Shown here in pieces: positions 6,805 through 10,572 of a DNA stretch of 10,572 nt. Location of the stretch: contig CAZOYL010000093.1 of assembly GCA_964584035.1 (NCBI GenBank), positions 1-10,572 on the forward strand, read 5' to 3'. Position 1 is the stretch's first letter. The number at the start of each line of letters is the position of its first letter. The notes beneath the pieces were generated by a model that ran no database searches, had not been told where the DNA came from, and saw only the letters and a program-made list of their open reading frames with translations. Source of the stretch: an uncultured Gemmatimonadota bacterium. GTDB taxonomy: Bacteria > SM23-81. A program made the translations under genes and the position numbers.

Positions 6805-7832
6805 AGATAGCCATTCTTCTGGGAGGGGATTCTCCCGAACGGGATGTCTCTCTGGAAACCGGGCGAGCCGTGGCCCGGGCGCTGCAAGGTCTGGGCCATC
6901 AGCTGCTGCCGCTGGACCCGGCCCGTGGCGCCGTGCCGCTGCCGGACGATCTGCAGGCCTGGGGTCACGGGCCTCATCCGGCGCCACCCGAACCGGTCGC
7001 TCACGGGGGACGATATCACGGCGCCCTGTTCGCCGCTCTCGAGGCCTGCCGGCGGGATGGGGTGGAGGTGATCTTCAACGCCCTCCACGGCGGGCTGGGT
7101 GAGGATGGGACCATCCAGGGATACCTCGATCTGGTGGGGATCCCCTACACCGGCTCTGGCATGCTGGCCAGCGCCCTGGCCATGGACAAGGCCCTGACTA
7201 AAAAGATCATCGATCGGGAAGGCGTTCGGGTGCCCAGGGATATCACCGTCAGGCCGGATGAGCGGGTCGACCCCGGAAAGCTTTTCAATGAGCTCCAGCC
7301 GCCCCTCGGTCTGCCGGTGGTGGTCAAGCCCAGCAATCAGGGTTCTACCGTGGGATTACGTCTGGTTGAGAGGATCGATCAGCTCACGGGGGCTTTCCGG
7401 GAGGCCGGGCGATTCGGCGGCCCGGTCATGATCGAACAGTACATCCCCGGCCGGGAGTTGACCGCGGCCATTCTGGAGGAACGGGTTCTGCCGGTCGTGG
7501 AGATCATCCCCGAGGGGGGACTGTACGATTACGAATCCAAATATACCGACGGGAAAAGCCGCTATATCACCGAGCCGAACCTTCCGCCGGGGGTGGCTGC
7601 CGAGATACAGGACCTGTCGCTGAAGACCTTCCGGGCTCTGGGCTGTTACGGTTACGCCCGGGTGGACGTTCGCCTGGATCCCGGGCAGGTGCCCTATGTG
7701 CTGGAGATCAACACCCTGCCGGGCATGACGCCTCACAGCCTGGTGCCCAAGGCGGCCAAGTCCGCCGGCATCGATTTTGACGAACTGATCGAGCGGATCA
7801 TCACGCTGGCGCTGAACAAACCGATTCACTAA
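6801..7832 (+). CDS. ddl: D-alanine--D-alanine ligase
   Basis: GGDSPERDVSL, LHGGLGEDG, PYTGSG..ASALAMDK, VKP...GS, EQYIPGRE, omega loop YDYESKY, and EINTLPGMTPHSLVP. TTG 6801 is preferred over GTG 6795 because of spacing from SD GAGGAGG (6787-6793) and a TTGA overlap with the dedA stop. Confidence 0.96.
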   Translation: MKIAILLGGDSPERDVSLETGRAVARALQGLGHQLLPLDPARGAVPLPDDLQAWGHGPHPAPPEPVAHGGRYHGALFAALEACRRDGVEVIFNALHGGLGEDGTIQGYLDLVGIPYTGSGMLASALAMDKALTKKIIDREGVRVPRDITVRPDERVDPGKLFNELQPPLGLPVVVKPSNQGSTVGLRLVERIDQLTGAFREAGRFGGPVMIEQYIPGRELTAAILEERVLPVVEIIPEGGLYDYESKYTDGKSRYITEPNLPPGVAAEIQDLSLKTFRALGCYGYARVDVRLDPGQVPYVLEINTLPGMTPHSLVPKAAKSAGIDFDELIERIITLALNKPIH

Positions 7833-7870
7833 AACTCTCTCACAGAAAACAGATGGCTCCATATTTTCTC

Positions 7871-7876
7871 AGGAGG
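7871..7876 (+). promoter_or_regulatory. Shine-Dalgarno sequence of the M42 peptidase gene
   Basis: AGGAGG 5 nt before ATG 7882. Confidence 0.85.
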
Positions 7877-7881
7877 AGTTC

Positions 7882-8958
7882 ATGGATCAGACCGAAAAGA
7901 TGTTGCAGGAGCTGACCGATGCCTATGGCGTCACCGGTCACGAGGGCGATGTGGCCCGCATTATGGCCCGGCATCTCTCACCTATCGCCAAGATCTCCTA
8001 TGATAAGCTGGGCAGCATCATCGCCCGGGAAAAGGCCGGGCAGAAGGGCCCCCGGATCATGCTGGCCGGCCATATGGATGAGGTCGGCTTCATGGTCAAG
8101 GAGATCACCAAGGAGGGGTTCATCCGCTTTCTGCCCCTGGGCGGCTGGTGGCCCCACGTGATCCTCTCGCAGCGGGTGTTGATCCGGACCTCCAAAGGGG
8201 AGGACGTGGTCGGCGTGGTGGGCTCCAAGGCGCCCCATATCCTTGAGGCGGAGGAACGCAAGAAGGTCCAGAAGATCGAGGATCTCTATATCGATGTGGG
8301 CTCGACCGAGAAGAACAATGTGGCCAAAAAAGTGGGCATCCGCCCGGGCGATCCGATCGTCCCGATCAGCCCCTTCACCATACTCAGCAACAGAAAAGCC
8401 TATCTGGCCAAGGCCTGGGATGACCGCATCGGCTGCGCCCTGATCATCGATGTGATGAAACGGTTGGCCAAGATCAAACACCCCAATACCGTTTTCGGCG
8501 TGGGCACCGTCCAGGAGGAGGTCGGATTGCGGGGGGCGACCACCAGCGTACGGGGTGTGGAGCCCGATGCGGCCTTCGTGCTGGAGGTTGGCCTGGCGAT
8601 GGATACCCCCGGTATCAACGGCGATCAAAAAGAGAAGATGGGCGCCGGGCCGTCTCTGTATATTTACGACGCCACCATGATTCCCAACACCGGGCTGCGG
8701 GACCTGGTCATCGATGTGGCCGAGAAAAAGAAGATCCCCTACCAGTTCTCCAGCATTGCCCGCGGAGGAACCGACGGCGGCCGGATCCACATCCACGGCC
8801 TCGGCGTGCCCACCCAGACCATCGGCGTGCCGACCCGTTACATCCACGGGCATACCGGCATTCTCCACCGGGACGATTATGATCGCACCGTAACCCTGCT
8901 GGTCGAGGTCATCCGGCGGCTGGACGATAAAACCGTCCGGGGCCTGACCGCTCATTGA
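7882..8958 (+). CDS. M42 family metallo-aminopeptidase (TET/FrvX/YsdC-like)
   Basis: GHMDEVG, PLGGW, IDVG, KAWDDRIG, QEEVGLRGA, GGTDGG and RYIH. SD AGGAGG at 7871-7876. Confidence 0.95.
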   Translation: MDQTEKMLQELTDAYGVTGHEGDVARIMARHLSPIAKISYDKLGSIIAREKAGQKGPRIMLAGHMDEVGFMVKEITKEGFIRFLPLGGWWPHVILSQRVLIRTSKGEDVVGVVGSKAPHILEAEERKKVQKIEDLYIDVGSTEKNNVAKKVGIRPGDPIVPISPFTILSNRKAYLAKAWDDRIGCALIIDVMKRLAKIKHPNTVFGVGTVQEEVGLRGATTSVRGVEPDAAFVLEVGLAMDTPGINGDQKEKMGAGPSLYIYDATMIPNTGLRDLVIDVAEKKKIPYQFSSIARGGTDGGRIHIHGLGVPTQTIGVPTRYIHGHTGILHRDDYDRTVTLLVEVIRRLDDKTVRGLTAH

Positions 8959-8995
8959 TGCGGCCGGCCAGGATCGAAGGGAGCCTGTCAACAGG

Positions 8996-9814
8996 ATGAA
9001 AACGATGGACGAAGGAACAGCCCCGTTGAGCGATCTGTTCGGCGACCAACGCCCCCTCATCGGAGTGGTTCATCTGCTGCCCCTGCCGGGAAGTCCCCGC
9101 TATGGGGGTTCCCTGGCCGAGGTGACGGACCGAGCCTGCGCCGATGCCCGGAGCTATATCGACGGCGGCCTGGACGGCCTGATCCTGGAGAATTACGGCG
9201 ACCTGCCGTTTTTCCCCGGACCGGTTCCTCCGGAGACGGTGGCCGCGATGACCGTGGCAGCCGGGGAGATCGGCCGGATGACCGACCGTCCCCTGGGCAT
9301 CAATGTGCTGCGCAACGATGCCCTCTCGGCCCTGGGGATCGCGGTGGCCGCCGGAGCGGCCTTCATCCGGGTCAACGTCCTGATGGGGGCCAGCGTCACC
9401 GATCAGGGCATCATACAGGGACCGGCTCACCGGCTGTTGCGCCGCCGGCGGGAACTGGGTGCGGAAGTGAAAATATTCGCCGATGTTCTGGTCAAACACG
9501 CCCATCCGCTGGGCCGGGCGGACGCGGCCGAGTCGGCCCGAGAACTTCTGGGACGCGGACTGGCCGACGTGCTGATCGTCACCGGTCCGGCCACCGGACG
9601 GGAACCGGCCGGGGAGGACCTCGCCCGGATCAAGGAGGCGGCTGGAGAAAGTCCTGTGCTGGCCGGCAGCGGCGTCCGGCCCGAGAATGTTTCCAAAATC
9701 CTGACGGTCGCCGACGGAGCCATCGTCGGGACCTCGTTGAAAAGAGACGGACAGACCGAACGAGCGGTCGATATCGAACGGGTCAAAGCCCTGTTGGCCA
9801 GCCTGGGGAGGTGA
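8996..9814 (+). CDS. BtpA/SgcQ family TIM-barrel protein
   Basis: [47 protein letters not shown] and [13 protein letters not shown]. Start is ATG 8996 or ATG 9005. Confidence 0.93.
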   Translation: MKTMDEGTAPLSDLFGDQRPLIGVVHLLPLPGSPRYGGSLAEVTDRACADARSYIDGGLDGLILENYGDLPFFPGPVPPETVAAMTVAAGEIGRMTDRPLGINVLRNDALSALGIAVAAGAAFIRVNVLMGASVTDQGIIQGPAHRLLRRRRELGAEVKIFADVLVKHAHPLGRADAAESARELLGRGLADVLIVTGPATGREPAGEDLARIKEAAGESPVLAGSGVRPENVSKILTVADGAIVGTSLKRDGQTERAVDIERVKALLASLGR

Positions 9815-9819
9815 TGTCT

Positions 9820-10572
9820 GTGGGCTTGATGTTATACAATACCATGACCCGGCGGAAAGAGGAATTTCAACCGCTGGAGAAGGGAAAGGTGGGCATGTAC
9901 ACCTGCGGACCGACCGTCTATGACTATGCCCATATCGGAAACTATCGAGCTTATATTTTCGAGGACGTTTTACGACGGTATCTTCAATACAGGGGTTACC
10001 AGGTGACTCAGGTGATGAACATCACCGACGTAGACGATAAAAGCATCGCCGGCGTTCGCCAGACCGGGCTCAGCCTGCAAGAATACACCGCCAAATACAA
10101 GAAAGCCTTTTTCGACGGCCTGGATGCCCTGCGCATCGAGCGGGCTGAATATTATCCGGAGGCTACCAAACACATCGACGAGATGGTGACCCTCATTCAG
10201 CGGCTCCAGGAAAAGGAACTGGTCTATCAGGCGGAGGGCAATCTGTACTATCGCATCTCTGGTTTCCGGGAATACGGCAAACTGTCGCACATGAGGCTGG
10301 ATGAGCTCAAATGCGGGGTGCGGGTCAAGGCCGATGAGTACGAGAAGGAACAGGCCAGCGATTTTGCCCTGTGGAAGGCCTGGGAGGAGTCCGACGGTGA
10401 AGTCTACTGGGAGACACCGCTGGGCAAGGGGCGTCCCGGGTGGCATATCGAGTGCTCGGCCATGAGCATGAAGTATCTCGGGGAGACCTTCGATATCCAC
10501 ACCGGCGGGGTGGATAACATGTTCCCCCACCACGAGAATGAGATCGCCCAGAGCGAAGCCGCCACCGGCAAG
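9820..10572 (+). CDS. cysS: Cysteine--tRNA ligase, 3'-truncated by the window edge
   Basis: Hand translation of frame +1: [55 protein letters not shown] and [23 protein letters not shown]. No stop before the window end, which likely explains its absence from the track. GTG 9820 is well spaced from SD GGAGGT (9807-9812); the in-frame ATG 9814 is an alternative. Confidence 0.98.
   Translation, partial: MGLMLYNTMTRRKEEFQPLEKGKVGMYTCGPTVYDYAHIGNYRAYIFEDVLRRYLQYRGYQVTQVMNITDVDDKSIAGVRQTGLSLQEYTAKYKKAFFDGLDALRIERAEYYPEATKHIDEMVTLIQRLQEKELVYQAEGNLYYRISGFREYGKLSHMRLDELKCGVRVKADEYEKEQASDFALWKAWEESDGEVYWETPLGKGRPGWHIECSAMSMKYLGETFDIHTGGVDNMFPHHENEIAQSEAATGK

Noticed and set aside
6801..7832. Van-type glycopeptide resistance ligase
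   Set aside because: The omega loop is the Tyr-containing YDYESKY, and no vanH, vanX, vanR or vanS is adjacent.
9787..9830. T-box leader for cysS
   Set aside because: There is no room for one: cysS starts within about 5 nt of the BtpA stop.
513..10533. Long minus-strand ORFs (e.g. 1081-2286, 1586-2740, 3070-3921, 5255-6055, 7978-9060, 9970-10533)
   Set aside because: They lie antisense to well-supported genes, show no recognisable motifs, and are expected shadows of GC-rich codon usage.
1..10572. TGA recoding (12 of 13 visible stops are TGA)
   Set aside because: The TGAs fall at the expected C-termini and Trp is encoded by TGG. TGA preference is normal at high GC.

Overview
GC-rich bacterial chromosomal window holding a dense, all plus-strand run of 14 mostly housekeeping genes: yebC/pmpR (5'-truncated), ruvC, ruvA, ruvB, an FmdE-family protein, an ECF S component, queA, ispD, ispF, a DedA protein, ddl, an M42 metallopeptidase, a BtpA/SgcQ protein and cysS (3'-truncated, missing from the ORF track). 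I found no RNA gene, mobile element, CRISPR array or defence system. The main points of interest are the accessory genes set into conserved clusters: a translationally coupled FmdE + orphan ECF S-component pair between ruvB and queA, an ispDF-dedA-ddl block that may serve the undecaprenyl-phosphate cycle, and an M42 + BtpA pair that echoes E. coli sgcX/sgcQ. There is also apparent divergence on both sides of the RuvA-RuvB interface and some structured intergenic spacers. All calls come from motif recognition by eye; no searches were run. I cannot show that a novel system is present, only candidates.
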